A DNA stretch of 64,000 bases, taken from assembly GCA_964435855.1 (NCBI GenBank), contig CAYTAU010000001.1, forward strand, positions 6,633 to 70,632. Direction: 5' to 3'. Shown here one piece after another: positions 1 through 10,207 of this stretch. Origin of the DNA: an uncultured Bacteroidales bacterium. Its GTDB lineage: Bacteria > Bacteroidota > Bacteroidia > Bacteroidales > CAYTAU01. Position 1 is the first letter of the stretch. Each line of letters opens with the position of its first letter. The position numbers and the translations under genes were made by a program. The notes under the pieces were generated by a model that saw only the letters and a list, made by a program, of their open reading frames with translations, was not told the origin of the DNA and did not search any database.

Positions 1-647
1 TTATTAAATAAAATGAAAAAGAATACTGTTAAAAGGTAAGGTGCAAATTTTTTGTATTTTTTTTCACCAATATTCGGTATCGCAATGTCGTCTCTGATAA
101 ATAGTATTAATGGTTCCATAAAAGATTGTAAACCTTTTGGTCTGCCGGGTCTATTTTTATAACTTTTTGCAACACTAATAAATATAAACAATATTAAAAG
201 TGATGCAAACATCATTGCTGCAACATTTTTAGTAATTGAAAAATCCATTGGCATTACATTAATTACATGATGTTCTTCATCAAAATCAAGAGAGTTCTGT
301 TTGTTTGCCAGATATATTTTTTCGTGATGTATAATGTAAGTTCTATTATCTTTTACAACAGCTTTTTCTCCATGATGAAATTCACTGGATAAAAAGATAT
401 CTATATTTCCGTCGTAATAAAGTATTATTGGTAAGGGAATTGTTGTATGATGTTCTTCTCCTGTTTCTTTATCTGTTATTGTCCATAGATGCCAATCGTG
501 TACATCGGAAATATGGTGCATAATGACTTCTGTAGCATTAAATTCTTCCTCATGATTATTATTTTCAGTTTCATTATGTTCCTTGTGTTGCGAAAATAAA
601 TTGAACGAAAATATTATAATAAAAACAAATACAATGTAATACCTCAT
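1..647 (-). CDS. atpB: F0F1 ATP synthase subunit a, N-terminal part (gene runs off the left edge of the window)
   Basis: Absent from the supplied ORF track because no stop codon lies in the window. A reverse-strand ATG at 647-645 opens a frame that stays open to base 1. It reads MRYYIVFVFIIIFSFNLFSQ...ISDVHDWHLW...DFSITKNVAAMMFASLLILFIF...KGLQSFMEPLILFIRDDIAIPNIG...FAPYLLTVFFFILFNN. This matches the long N-terminal extension plus first helices that I associate with Bacteroidota subunit a. Confidence 0.7.
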   Translation of the reverse strand, partial: MRYYIVFVFIIIFSFNLFSQHKEHNETENNNHEEEFNATEVIMHHISDVHDWHLWTITDKETGEEHHTTIPLPIILYYDGNIDIFLSSEFHHGEKAVVKDNRTYIIHHEKIYLANKQNSLDFDEEHHVINVMPMDFSITKNVAAMMFASLLILFIFISVAKSYKNRPGRPKGLQSFMEPLILFIRDDIAIPNIGEKKYKKFAPYLLTVFFFILFN

Positions 648-720
648 TATTTAATACACTTTCAATATTAAAATAATCACTCTGTAAAAAAAAATAAATT
701 TATATATTTTTACATTAATT

Positions 721-754
721 AACTACAAATAAAATATAAATTTTATTTGTAGTT
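721..754. repeat. Perfect AT-only inverted repeat (15-bp arms, 4-nt loop)
   Basis: aactacaaataaaat-ataa-attttatttgtagtt read directly. It lies between the rfaE2-like stop (836) and the atpB start (647). Confidence 0.6.
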
Positions 755-835
755 TTTATCTTCATTCTCAAATCATTAACTAATTAACACTGATACAAGG
801 CAATAGGGGCTATTGTTTATTTGTCAGGTATTGTT

Positions 836-1336
836 TTATGTGTGAGTTTCATTTTTCAATTTTTCAATAATATTACTTGTAGAATAACCGTCAATAAAAT
901 CAATAGTTTCAATACTTCCTCCTTTTGAAAGAACAATATCCGCACCAACAATATCTTCTTTTTTATAATCAGCTCCTTTTACCAAAATATCAGGTTGAAT
1001 CTTTTTAATAAGGTCAAGAGGTGTATCTTCATCAAAAAATACAATATTTGTAATAAAATATAATGAAGCAAGAATTAAAGCTCTTGAATTTTCATTTTGT
1101 ATGGGACGGGTATTTCCTTTTATTTTTCTAACAGAATTATCGGTATTTAAACCAAGTATAAGAATATCTCCTAAATCTGCTGCTTTTGATAAATATTCAA
1201 TATGCCCGCGATGTAAAATATCAAAACAACCATTTGTAAAAACTATTTTTTTATCTTTAAATTTCCAGAAACTTAATAGTATATCTAATTGTTTATGGTC
1301 AATTATTTTGGATTGTATTACTTCGAGTTTTGTCAT
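836..1336 (-). CDS. rfaE2: D-glycero-beta-D-manno-heptose-1-phosphate adenylyltransferase-like cytidylyltransferase (stand-alone RfaE domain II type)
   Basis: 166 aa. The FTNGCFDILHRGHIEYL nucleotidyltransferase H-x-G-H motif and the length fit the RfaE-II / HldE C-domain family. Confidence 0.8.
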   Translation of the reverse strand: MTKLEVIQSKIIDHKQLDILLSFWKFKDKKIVFTNGCFDILHRGHIEYLSKAADLGDILILGLNTDNSVRKIKGNTRPIQNENSRALILASLYFITNIVFFDEDTPLDLIKKIQPDILVKGADYKKEDIVGADIVLSKGGSIETIDFIDGYSTSNIIEKLKNETHT

Positions 1337-1340
1337 AAAA

Positions 1341-2330
1341 TTATTTTTTATTAATTATAGGCAAGGCTATTAATGAAAGAAAACCTACAACTACCAACAT
1401 AAGTGTTTGAACGCCATGAACGATTAAAGCAAAGGCACTTGCATTAGTTTCTGATATGCCGTATATTATTAAAACTCCGATAACCATAAAATGCCATGCA
1501 CCAATACCTCCTTGCACCGGAGCCACCATTCCAAAACTACCAAATACAAACACAGTAAGTGCTGTGATTAAAGTTAGGTTTGAAGTAAAATCGAAAGCAT
1601 AATATGTTACATAAAGCATTAAAAAATACATAAACCATATAAATACTGTATGAGCAAGAAAAATTGGAAGATTTTTTATTCTTTTTATAGATTTTATCCC
1701 ATCCATAAATTCTTTTAAAAGTTTTTTAAACTTAATATAAACAAAAGTATTTTTAATCTTATTTTTAAATATATAAAATAAAATTATAAGCAAAATTATA
1801 GTTGATAATAAAATAATGATTAAATTACCTGATAAACTAAAATTTTGAAATTTATCACCAACAGAAGGATTATTATTTATAAATTCACCAACAACTTTAA
1901 ATTGAGTTATTACAACAATAATTGCTAACAAAATTAGTGAGATCAAGTCAATAATTCTTTCTATAACAACTGTCCCAAACGACTCAGAAAAAGGGATTTT
2001 TTCGTATCTTTTAATAATAGCAGCTCTAGAAACTTCTCCCATACGCGGGAATGCTAAATTTGCAAGATATCCAACCATAATTGCTAAAAAAGCTGTTAAA
2101 ACAGAAGGTTTATAACCTAATGATTGACCAAGCATTCTCCAACGCATCGCTCTACTTATATGGCTTAAAATACCTAAAAATAAAGATAAAACTAACCAAG
2201 AATAATTAACGGTTTTAAGTTCTTTTAATAATTCCTTAATGTCCTGATCTTTATACACGAACCAAAAAAGAAATGCTCCTACTCCAAGGAATATTAAAAA
2301 TTTTAAGGCATTTAGGATTTTTTTTTTCAA
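1341..2330 (-). CDS. UPF0104 / lysyl-phosphatidylglycerol-synthase-TM-domain-like (flippase-like) membrane protein
   Basis: 329 aa and multi-pass hydrophobic throughout. Gaps of 4 nt and 2 nt to its neighbours suggest one operon panC-panD-this-rfaE2. The family call is from general resemblance only. Confidence 0.6.
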   Translation of the reverse strand: MKKKILNALKFLIFLGVGAFLFWFVYKDQDIKELLKELKTVNYSWLVLSLFLGILSHISRAMRWRMLGQSLGYKPSVLTAFLAIMVGYLANLAFPRMGEVSRAAIIKRYEKIPFSESFGTVVIERIIDLISLILLAIIVVITQFKVVGEFINNNPSVGDKFQNFSLSGNLIIILLSTIILLIILFYIFKNKIKNTFVYIKFKKLLKEFMDGIKSIKRIKNLPIFLAHTVFIWFMYFLMLYVTYYAFDFTSNLTLITALTVFVFGSFGMVAPVQGGIGAWHFMVIGVLIIYGISETNASAFALIVHGVQTLMLVVVGFLSLIALPIINKK

Positions 2331-2332
2331 AC

Positions 2333-2686
2333 CTATTCAATTAATTGATTTGTGGAAGTATCTGGAAAAACAAATTGTGGTTTAAAAGTCTTTGCTTCTT
2401 CAAATTCCATTGTTGCATAAGAGATAATAATTATAACATCACCAAGTTGCACTTTTCTAGCAGCGGGTCCGTTAAGGCATATTACCCCGGAACCTCTTTC
2501 TCCCTTAATAACATAAGTTTCCAATCGTTCACCGTTATTTATATTAACGATTTGAACTTTTTCATTCTCAATAATATTTGCAGCATCCATTAAATCTTCA
2601 TCAATTGTAATACTGCCAACATATTGCAAATTAGCTTCTGTAATGCTAACCTTGTGTATCTTTGATTTTACTACTTCAATATTCAT
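2333..2686 (-). CDS. panD: Aspartate 1-decarboxylase
   Basis: 117 aa. It has KSKIH..., the YVGSITID Gly-Ser self-processing site, and the LNGPAAR motif. Confidence 0.95.
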   Translation of the reverse strand: MNIEVVKSKIHKVSITEANLQYVGSITIDEDLMDAANIIENEKVQIVNINNGERLETYVIKGERGSGVICLNGPAARKVQLGDVIIIISYATMEFEEAKTFKPQFVFPDTSTNQLIE

Positions 2687-2735
2687 TTTTGAAATAAAAA
2701 ATAGTTTTACGGTGCAAAGTTATAAATTATATTTA

Positions 2736-3581
2736 TTAATAATTAAAATTAATATTATCTATTAATCTTATTTTTCCAATTTTTATTGCAATACATCCTG
2801 TTATTTTACACTTTTTATCCCAATTAACAATACTTTTAAGTGTTTCGGTATTAACAACATCAAAATATTCAACTTTCATTAATTTATTTGAATTTATTTG
2901 TTCAACAAGCCATTTTTTTAATTCCTCTATATTCAAATCATCGGCTTTTTTTACAGCTTTTTTTAATGTTTTAAATATTAGTGGTGCAATTTCCCTTTGT
3001 TTATTAGTTAATAATTTATTTCTTGAACTCATTGCTAATCCATCTCTTTCTCTGATTGTTGGACCTGCAACAATATTTATATTATAATTATATTGTTTTA
3101 CAAGATTTTTTATTATTGCTAATTGCTGAAAATCTTTTTGTCCGAAATATGCATTATCAGGTTTAATAATGTCAAAAAACTTACTAACAATAGTTGCAAC
3201 TCCATTGAAATGCCCTATGCGATATTTTCCTTCCATTATTTTTTCAATATACCCAAAATCAAATTTTCTTTTTTCCTGATTGAGATACATTTCTTCAACA
3301 TTAGGAATAAATACAATATCGCAATGAGCTTTGTCAAGTTTTTCTATATCTGTATCTATGGTTCTTGGGTAATTTTCAAGATCGTTTGGGTCATTAAATT
3401 GTGTAGGGTTAACAAAAATACTCGCTATTGTAACATCATTTTCTTGTATTGAATTTTTTATTAAAGAAATATGCCCTTCATGTAATGCTCCCATTGTAGG
3501 AACAAATCCTATGCTTTTTTCTTCTTTTTTTAAAGCGGAAATTCTTTCAGTAATAGTATTTATTTTTTTATAAATTTCCAT
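2736..3581 (-). CDS. panC: Pantoate--beta-alanine ligase
   Basis: 281 aa. It has the GFVPTMGALHEGHISLI signature and is adjacent to panD. Confidence 0.95.
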   Translation of the reverse strand: MEIYKKINTITERISALKKEEKSIGFVPTMGALHEGHISLIKNSIQENDVTIASIFVNPTQFNDPNDLENYPRTIDTDIEKLDKAHCDIVFIPNVEEMYLNQEKRKFDFGYIEKIMEGKYRIGHFNGVATIVSKFFDIIKPDNAYFGQKDFQQLAIIKNLVKQYNYNINIVAGPTIRERDGLAMSSRNKLLTNKQREIAPLIFKTLKKAVKKADDLNIEELKKWLVEQINSNKLMKVEYFDVVNTETLKSIVNWDKKCKITGCIAIKIGKIRLIDNINFNY

Positions 3582-3659
3582 AGATTAAAATTACTAATCC
3601 CGAATACTCGGGATAAAATGACTAAAATAAATTAAATTTCAAAATAATTGAAAAAGCCG

Positions 3660-3716
3660 CCACAGATTACACTAATTATCACAGATTTAGCTTTTAAAAA
3701 ATCTGTGAATCTGTGG
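3660..3716 (-). terminator. Compound hairpin downstream of the M23 peptidase gene, T-runs on both sides
   Basis: ccacagat..tcacagat..loop..atctgtga.atctgtgg forms nested arms. It is followed by gttttttaag on the + strand and by cggcttttt on the - strand. It lies 41 nt past the stop of the 3757..4893 gene. Confidence 0.45.
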
Positions 3717-3756
3717 GTTTTTTAAGTTTTTATGACTTTTCGGAGCGAACTCATTG

Positions 3757-4893
3757 TTACCAAATTGTTCTGATTATCTCGTTATTAACATATTTACATA
3801 TAGCAGCATTATTTAAAATATTTTCATTAAGCAATTTTTGTTTGTAATGCTTTGCTTCTTCCTCACTTTCAAAAAATCCAATTGTATATTTATACCATAA
3901 TTTTCCATTAATCTCAACTTTATCCCATTTAATACATGAAACTTTATATTTATTTTTCAATTGTTTAAGTTGAATATCACTTAGCTTTTTGTGATGAGCC
4001 TCAATTTGTATAGCATAAAATTTATTGTTAACTATTGTTTTAGGTTTTGAAATTGTTTTAATTTCATAATTTACCTCCCTTTTTATATCAATTTTTTTGT
4101 TTTCAGCAAAATATACATTTTCAATAATCCTGCTTTCTTTTGATTTTATTTTTGTTATATTTTCAATTTTATTTTTCACAACATGATATTGTTTTTTAGA
4201 TCTGTTAGATATGTTTGTCAACAAAACAGGATTTAGGTCTGGTTTGTAAAACATATAAGAATTAATACTTTGATATTCCGCAAGATATTCTGTATTAATA
4301 ATTTGAGCCTTATATAGTGGCAATTTAATTATTTCATATTGAAAAGAAACAACATCATATTTTTCCAGGAATTTATAATTTTTCAAATATCTAATTGGAT
4401 TAATTGTGCCTTTTGGATTATTCCATTTAACTTTAGTATTATCACGTATTTCAAAATGCAGATGAACTCCTTTTCCTCCAATTGTTGAAAAAGTTGTACC
4501 TGAATTGCCCATTTCTCCAATTTTTTCACCTGTAATTACACTATCTCCTTTTGAAACCGAAAAACGTCGCAAATGGCAATAACAAGTACTGTAACGTTCA
4601 TCATGCTTTATTTCAACATATCTGCCATAACCTGCATTCCACCCAACAAATACAACTTTACCTGATTTGGCTGCATAAATAGTTTCGCCGTATTTTCCTG
4701 CAATATCAATCCCTCTGTGAAATTTTCGTTCTTTTATTCCAATACTATTTTTTTGCATACGCCAACCAAACATTGATGTAAGTTTTCCTTTTGTTGGAAC
4801 ATGAAAATTTAATTCGGGAAGCGAACTTTCTTGTTGAGATAAAAGAGTAATACTGCCAAAAAGTAATATTATAAGAATAATTATTAATCTCAT
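3757..4893 (-). CDS. M23 family metallopeptidase with C-terminal SPOR domain
   Basis: HRGIDIAG and GVHLHFEIR are LytM/M23 motifs. The C-terminal FYAIQIEAHHKK...WYKYTIGFFESEEEAKHYKQKL is SPOR-like. I start at the internal Met (MRLIIILIILLFGSITLLSQ signal peptide) rather than the track start at 4947. Confidence 0.85.
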   Translation of the reverse strand: MRLIIILIILLFGSITLLSQQESSLPELNFHVPTKGKLTSMFGWRMQKNSIGIKERKFHRGIDIAGKYGETIYAAKSGKVVFVGWNAGYGRYVEIKHDERYSTCYCHLRRFSVSKGDSVITGEKIGEMGNSGTTFSTIGGKGVHLHFEIRDNTKVKWNNPKGTINPIRYLKNYKFLEKYDVVSFQYEIIKLPLYKAQIINTEYLAEYQSINSYMFYKPDLNPVLLTNISNRSKKQYHVVKNKIENITKIKSKESRIIENVYFAENKKIDIKREVNYEIKTISKPKTIVNNKFYAIQIEAHHKKLSDIQLKQLKNKYKVSCIKWDKVEINGKLWYKYTIGFFESEEEAKHYKQKLLNENILNNAAICKYVNNEIIRTIW

Positions 4894-5111
4894 AAATGAA
4901 TTAAATTTTTGAAGTGGCAAATATAATATAATTTGTAATATCCACACTTATTTACATATTATGATTTTAACTTGACAAATTGAAAATTTGCGTAAACTTC
5001 TGATATTAACAGGCATTTGTTTATATCTTTTTGTGCGAATAAAAATCGAGGCTTTTTGTATTGGTATATTCGCACTAAATATTTGTTGTCGTATAATTAA
5101 AATTATAAATT

Positions 5112-5909
5112 ATGCCATACAGGCGTCTACCAAATACAGAAACAGCAAGATATAGAGCTTTAAAAATTGCATTACAAAAGGGTGAAGATTTACCACCATA
5201 TAAATTGCCTTACGGTCAAAAGTCTTTAAGGCAACTAAAAGGATTTTTCCCTGAATATGAAAGGCAATTTAAACAATGGCAGGAAGCTAAAAACGCTGTA
5301 AGTGTAAAAAGTAAAAAATATTATGATCTGCAGAAAAAAGCAAAAATTTATATTTCTCATTTCATACAAATAATGAATTTCTCAATTATAAGAGGAGAAT
5401 TAAAGCCAATAGCAAGAACTTTTTATGGTTTAAAAGAAAATGATTGTAAAATTCCAAAAATAAATACTGAGAAAGACCTGATTAAATGGGGGGAAACAAT
5501 AATTAAGGGTGAACCAGAAAGAATAGCTCAGGGAGGAAATCCTGTAACAAACCCAACTATTGCCGTTGTTAAAGTAAGATACGATCAGTTTATTGATGCA
5601 TACAGACATCAAAATACTTTAAGGAATAGCTATAAAAGACTTTCTGATAAAATTGCTGATATGCGAAGCGAAGCAGATAGTATAATACTAAATATCTGGA
5701 ACGAAGTAGAGGTATTTTACAATGAATTTCCTGATAAAGAAAAAAGAGAAAAAACAAAAGAATATGGTATAATTTACTTCTTTAGAAAAAATGAAAAAAA
5801 CAGAATTGATAAAATTGAAAATGATGATGAAGCTAATGTTTTATTAAAAAATAACATTAAAAAAAAGCAACCCGATTCACAGTTTTCGCTTTCCCTTTTT
5901 AAAGATTAA
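5112..5909 (+). CDS. Hypothetical protein (MPYRRLPNTE... family, function unknown)
   Basis: 265-aa ORF with protein-like K/E-rich composition. Its last 33 nt overlap the convergent CPBP protease gene. Confidence 0.6.
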   Translation: MPYRRLPNTETARYRALKIALQKGEDLPPYKLPYGQKSLRQLKGFFPEYERQFKQWQEAKNAVSVKSKKYYDLQKKAKIYISHFIQIMNFSIIRGELKPIARTFYGLKENDCKIPKINTEKDLIKWGETIIKGEPERIAQGGNPVTNPTIAVVKVRYDQFIDAYRHQNTLRNSYKRLSDKIADMRSEADSIILNIWNEVEVFYNEFPDKEKREKTKEYGIIYFFRKNEKNRIDKIENDDEANVLLKNNIKKKQPDSQFSLSLFKD

Positions 5910-6788
5910 ATATAGTAAAATACTTACAATAATAATACTTACAATTGCATAAATAATTGTTGAAAAATCCATCCCTACTGTTTCAATATCCTTTGATAAA
6001 GATTCAATGTTTATAAAATATGAAACAATTACAGCAAATGCATTATTTGTGAAATGTGCCGCAATTGGCAACCATATAGAGCCCGACCAAACAAATAAAT
6101 ATCCAAACAGTAAACCCATTAAAAATCTTGGTAAAAAACCATAAAACTGCATATGAATAGCACTAAAAAGAATAGCCGAAAATATTACCCCAAAATGAAT
6201 ATTTTTAGACCAATTTATAAATATTTTTTGGAAAACACCCCTAAAAACTAATTCTTCACCAATTGCTGGAATTATTGCTATTATAATAATATTTATTAAA
6301 AGACCGTTAGTTGTATCTACTTTTAAAAATGCTTCAGTAGTTTTCATCGCAACTTCTTCCATATTTTTCATCCAGTTATTTGGAGAAAAGATATAATCAA
6401 GAGCTCTGGCATTTATTTCAGCAAACAAATTAATTACAGGAATCGCGCAGATCATTAATACAACAACTGCTATAATTAAAGATGTTTGTGGTTTAATATT
6501 TAATTTAAGATATGAAAAACTATTACGGTTAAACAAATATCCAATCAAAAAGGGTGGTATTATAAACAAGCCAACAGATTGAACAATTTGCAGATATTTA
6601 AGAAATGAAATATTTTGATTATCGCTAATGTTTAGAATATCCTGAATACCAATGTTGAATAAGGTTTTTGCCATCAAAATTCCTATTATACTGAAAAACA
6701 AAAAACTAAATCCAACAATTAATAACACAATCGTTAATTTGGCGAAATGTGGTAAATCTTTAAATATTGCTCGTTTTTGTATGTTCAA
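5877..6788 (-). CDS. CPBP (CAAX) family intramembrane glutamic endopeptidase
   Basis: 303 aa and multi-pass. It carries the EELVFRG, FSAIHM and HFTNN motifs typical of the Abi/CPBP family. Confidence 0.85.
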   Translation of the reverse strand: MNIQKRAIFKDLPHFAKLTIVLLIVGFSFLFFSIIGILMAKTLFNIGIQDILNISDNQNISFLKYLQIVQSVGLFIIPPFLIGYLFNRNSFSYLKLNIKPQTSLIIAVVVLMICAIPVINLFAEINARALDYIFSPNNWMKNMEEVAMKTTEAFLKVDTTNGLLINIIIIAIIPAIGEELVFRGVFQKIFINWSKNIHFGVIFSAILFSAIHMQFYGFLPRFLMGLLFGYLFVWSGSIWLPIAAHFTNNAFAVIVSYFINIESLSKDIETVGMDFSTIIYAIVSIIIVSILLYLIFKKGKRKL

Positions 6789-6821
6789 TTTTATTAATTT
6801 TGCAGCAAAAGTAATTTTTTT

Positions 6822-7799
6822 TTGTTGAAGATAGGAAACATATCATTTAAAAAATATCCAATTTTTTTGGCACCTATGGAAGATGTTACAGATACCTCAT
6901 TCAGGTATATGTGCAAGAAATTTGGTGTAGATTTTATGTTTACTGAATTTATTTCCTCTGATGGCCTTATCAGAGGAGGAAAAAAGGGATTAAGAAAGCT
7001 CGAATTATTTGATTACGAAAGACCAATTGGGATACAATTATATGGTCATTTGATAGAATCAATGGTAGAGGCAGCTAAAATAGTTGAACAAGCAAAACCT
7101 GATGTAATTGATTTGAATTTTGGTTGTCCTGTAAAAAAAATAAGTAACAGGGGAGCAGGTGCAGGAATGATGAAAGATATTCCTAAAATGGTAGAAATAA
7201 CAAAAAAGATAGTTGAAACTGTTAAAATTCCTGTTACTGCAAAAACCAGACTTGGCTGGGATACAGATTCTCAAAATGTTGAAGAAATTGCTGAAAAATT
7301 ACAAGATATTGGAATAAAGGCATTAACAATTCATGGCAGAACTAGGACACAGGTTTATAAAGGAGAAGCTGATTGGACATTAATAGGAAAAGTGAAAAAT
7401 AATTCAAGAATTCATATTCCAATAATAGGAAACGGAGATATTACATCAGCAGAAAAAGCAAAAGAAATGTTTGACAAATATGGTGTTGATGCAATTATGA
7501 TTGGCAGAGCAAGTATTGGACGACCATGGTTATTTAAAGAAGTAAAACATTATTTAGATACAGGAAAACTTTTAGATCCATTAAGTATTAAAGAAAAAGT
7601 TGAAATTGCAAAAGAACATCTAAAAAAATCAATAGAATGGAAAGGTGATTACGGCGGAGTAATTACAATGCGACGACATTTTGCAAATTATTTTAAGGGT
7701 TTATCGCACTTTAGGGAAACACGTATTTCTTTGCTTACTGCAAAAACAAAAGAAGATGTATTAAGTATATTAAATGAAATTGCTGATAAGTTTGAATAA
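6822..7799 (+). CDS. dusB: tRNA-dihydrouridine synthase
   Basis: 325 aa. It has LAPMEDVTDTSFR, a GCP active-site Cys and the TIHGRT motif. The start appears to be TTG at 6822. Confidence 0.9.
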   Translation: MLKIGNISFKKYPIFLAPMEDVTDTSFRYMCKKFGVDFMFTEFISSDGLIRGGKKGLRKLELFDYERPIGIQLYGHLIESMVEAAKIVEQAKPDVIDLNFGCPVKKISNRGAGAGMMKDIPKMVEITKKIVETVKIPVTAKTRLGWDTDSQNVEEIAEKLQDIGIKALTIHGRTRTQVYKGEADWTLIGKVKNNSRIHIPIIGNGDITSAEKAKEMFDKYGVDAIMIGRASIGRPWLFKEVKHYLDTGKLLDPLSIKEKVEIAKEHLKKSIEWKGDYGGVITMRRHFANYFKGLSHFRETRISLLTAKTKEDVLSILNEIADKFE

Positions 7800-7816
7800 T
7801 AATTAACCGTAAACAA

Positions 7817-7836
7817 TTGACAGTTGACAATTGACA
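7817..7836 (+). repeat. Three tandem heptads TTGACAG/TTGACAA/TTGACAT, 18 nt after the dusB stop
   Basis: Read directly: caattgacagttgacaattgacat. Confidence 0.6.
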
Positions 7837-7996
7837 TCTTGTACTCAAGGGCATTTTTTTAATAAATAACAATTTTATGGCACAAAACTTTAACTATTTA
7901 ATAAAAAGACTTTTTACCTTAGCAATGAATATTTTGCCTACTGTTAATTTTCAATTTTTTATTTTTAATATTTAAAACATGTAAACGATTATAATA

Positions 7997-8260
7997 ATGA
8001 TTAGAAAAATTATCATATTTCCTTTTATAATTTTAATTAAGTTTTACAGACTTACAATTTCTCCAATTTTACCTTCAAGTTGCAGACATATTCCCACATG
8101 TTCTCAATATTCAATTGAAGCTTTTCAAAAACATGGATTATTTAAAGGTTTTTGGCTTTCGCTTAGGAGAATTTCTAAATGCCATCCATGGGGTACTCAT
8201 GGATTTGATCCTGTTCCAGAAATTTACCCTGAAAAAAAGAATGAAAATAAATTTAATTAA
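7997..8260 (+). CDS. yidD: Membrane protein insertion efficiency factor YidD
   Basis: 87 aa. It has the signature [27 protein letters not shown]. Confidence 0.9.
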   Translation: MIRKIIIFPFIILIKFYRLTISPILPSSCRHIPTCSQYSIEAFQKHGLFKGFWLSLRRISKCHPWGTHGFDPVPEIYPEKKNENKFN

Positions 8261-8284
8261 AATTATATCTTTGTAAATTATATT

Positions 8285-8358
8285 GGGGGATTAGCTCAGT
8301 TGGCTAGAGCGTTTGACTGGCAGTCAAGAGGTCAGCGGTTCGATTCCGCTATTCTCCA
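8285..8358 (+). tRNA. tRNA-Ala (anticodon GGC)
   Basis: Hand-folded 74-nt cloverleaf. Acceptor GGGGGAT/ATTCTCC has the G3:U70 Ala identity pair. D arm is GCTC-AGTTGGCTA-GAGC. Anticodon arm is TTTGA-CTGGCAG-TCAAG. T arm is AGCGG-TTCGATT-CCGCT. The discriminator is A and no CCA is encoded. Confidence 0.9.
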
Positions 8359-8409
8359 CTTTAACTGTTGCATATTGATTTAGTAAGAAGCTTGATAAAC
8401 GAAATAAAT

Positions 8410-8961
8410 TTATCTTGAAATAGTAAATGTTGCAGTAAAAACCTCCTGTTCAATATTAATATTAGACGTGGAAACATATTGCCTTGTTTCTGTTCCAATA
8501 ATTTCTGCATTTATTCTATTACTTAATTCACCTGTATAAAGTACGATGCTTTGATCAATATCAAAATTATCATAAGCATTTTCAGTTTCTCCACTAAGTA
8601 TGCTTTCTATTAAATTTGTAAAAAAAGAATTCTCAATTTTATTAATAAGAAAAGTCCCGTCATTAAGTATAATATATCTATATTGTACATTATATGAATT
8701 TAAATTTAAATCATATTTAAATTCAACTGTGCTTTTTGTAAAAGTAACTGTTCCTGCATTTGTAACAGTTCCAATATCAATTTGCATATCAATTGTAGAA
8801 TCTACACCCTCATAAACATAAGTGTATTCTATTTGATCAATATTCCATTCTCCATCTCTTTTTGTAAGTCTGTTTTCTGTAATTTTTTCTTTAGAACAAG
8901 CTATTAATAAAATTCCTGAAACAGAAATTAAACTCCAAAATATTATATATTTAAATTTCAT
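8410..8961 (-). CDS. Hypothetical lipoprotein
   Basis: Internal Met gives MKFKYIIFWSLISVSGILLIAC with a lipobox (LIAC). This is preferred over the track start at 9024. Confidence 0.6.
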   Translation of the reverse strand: MKFKYIIFWSLISVSGILLIACSKEKITENRLTKRDGEWNIDQIEYTYVYEGVDSTIDMQIDIGTVTNAGTVTFTKSTVEFKYDLNLNSYNVQYRYIILNDGTFLINKIENSFFTNLIESILSGETENAYDNFDIDQSIVLYTGELSNRINAEIIGTETRQYVSTSNINIEQEVFTATFTISR

Positions 8962-9068
8962 CACTATAGGGTTTTGGTGAAAATATTTATAAATCAAAAG
9001 TATAACTTTTTTAAAAAATAGCATGTAAATATAATAATTAATTATTGTTGCTCTTTTGTTTTAAATTA

Positions 9069-9227
9069 GTGAAAAGTTTAAAATAAGTTCGCCAGAGATG
9101 ACGATGTTATTTTTTTCTTTGTCGAGTTACAATTTTCAAGCATAGCAATAGTTACGGTTTAAAATTTTAATGAAGAAAAAGGGAAAAAGAACAAGTCAAA
9201 ATGTGGAAGTTATTTTGAACCTTTCAC
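9069..9227. repeat. ~160-nt imperfect palindrome (two diverged inverted ~75-nt arms)
   Basis: The left end gtgaaaagtttaaaataagttc matches the reverse complement of the right end, gtgaaaggttcaaaataacttc. Similarity continues inward with many mismatches. Confidence 0.6.
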
Positions 9228-9237
9228 TTATACACAT

Positions 9238-10101
9238 TCATACAACCGAGTCTGCCTCATGCTGATTCATACTGCCTTTTTGTGAATAATGTGAATTAAG
9301 AATGTTTTTTCTACTCCTGTAAATAAACTTAATAATACCACCAATTATTATAAGCATACCAATAATAAATACATACCAGTTGAAATTTTGTGGAACATAA
9401 TTATTTGCCAGTTCAATTGAATCATCTATCCATGTCCATGTAAATATTTCATTATAGGTATAATATTTATGTAAGAAAGCAACATAATCCATAGTAAATG
9501 ATACTATAACAACGATACTCCCAATAATAAGAATTAACCATTCAAATAACTTTATCCTAACATTATCATATTTTTCTTGCAAGTAAATTATTGCAAATGC
9601 AAGAAATATCATCGCAATTGAGCAAATTACGGGAGTTATTACAGGGCCTACCCAGGTTACAGGAATTAAAAACAGGATATCCCATGTTAAAAATGATTCA
9701 GGCCAATCCAGTAAAAATTTTAAAAATACATAATAAAATATGTCCCAGATAGCAAATGAATAAATGAAGTATGCAAACTTTTGCAATTTAGTTTTTGCTG
9801 CAATAAATCCGATTGATACTAGCATTATTAATGTGGCAAATTCTCTTAAGAACTCGGTATATCCAATATCTATATCTATTGGCTGCAAGGGGAAATGAAA
9901 TCCGTTTGGATAATATAATGCACGCAAATATACTACAACCGAACTTTCTATAAATGCCATCCCAATACTAAATATTGTTACCCAAATTATTATTTTTATT
10001 GTTTCTTTTTTCATCTGTTTAAATTTTGCTATTTCCTTGATATTTTTGATTATATGTTTTGTCATGATTTTTGCAAAAAAGCAAAAATAACGCCAGAACA
10101 C
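9238..10101 (-). CDS. Multi-pass membrane protein, unknown family
   Basis: 287-aa ORF with about 7 hydrophobic segments. The true start may be Met13 (10065) or Met30 (10014). It is the last gene of the same-strand run that contains the exosortase. Confidence 0.6.
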   Translation of the reverse strand: MFWRYFCFFAKIMTKHIIKNIKEIAKFKQMKKETIKIIIWVTIFSIGMAFIESSVVVYLRALYYPNGFHFPLQPIDIDIGYTEFLREFATLIMLVSIGFIAAKTKLQKFAYFIYSFAIWDIFYYVFLKFLLDWPESFLTWDILFLIPVTWVGPVITPVICSIAMIFLAFAIIYLQEKYDNVRIKLFEWLILIIGSIVVIVSFTMDYVAFLHKYYTYNEIFTWTWIDDSIELANNYVPQNFNWYVFIIGMLIIIGGIIKFIYRSRKNILNSHYSQKGSMNQHEADSVV

Positions 10102-10121
10102 TTTTCTCTTTTTATCTTAAT

Positions 10122-10141
10122 CCCCGACTTAAAAGTCGGGG
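10122..10141. repeat. GC-rich hairpin ccccgac-ttaaaa-gtcgggg
   Basis: Read directly. It has the same ttaaaa loop and aatcccc lead-in as hairpin 3 of the tyrS-flanking elements. Confidence 0.6.
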
Positions 10142-10207
10142 CTATTATATTTTGCTTCGTTGGGGCTTGCTTAACCCAAACTATCGTTAGAAATAAAAAA
10201 TAAATTT

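Noticed and set aside
9069-9227. Homology between the arms of the 9.1-kb palindrome and the 71-nt element family
   Set aside because: Only short shared words (tcgcca ... ttctttg ... gtta) with a variable gap. That is too weak to distinguish from chance in AT-rich DNA without a proper alignment statistic.
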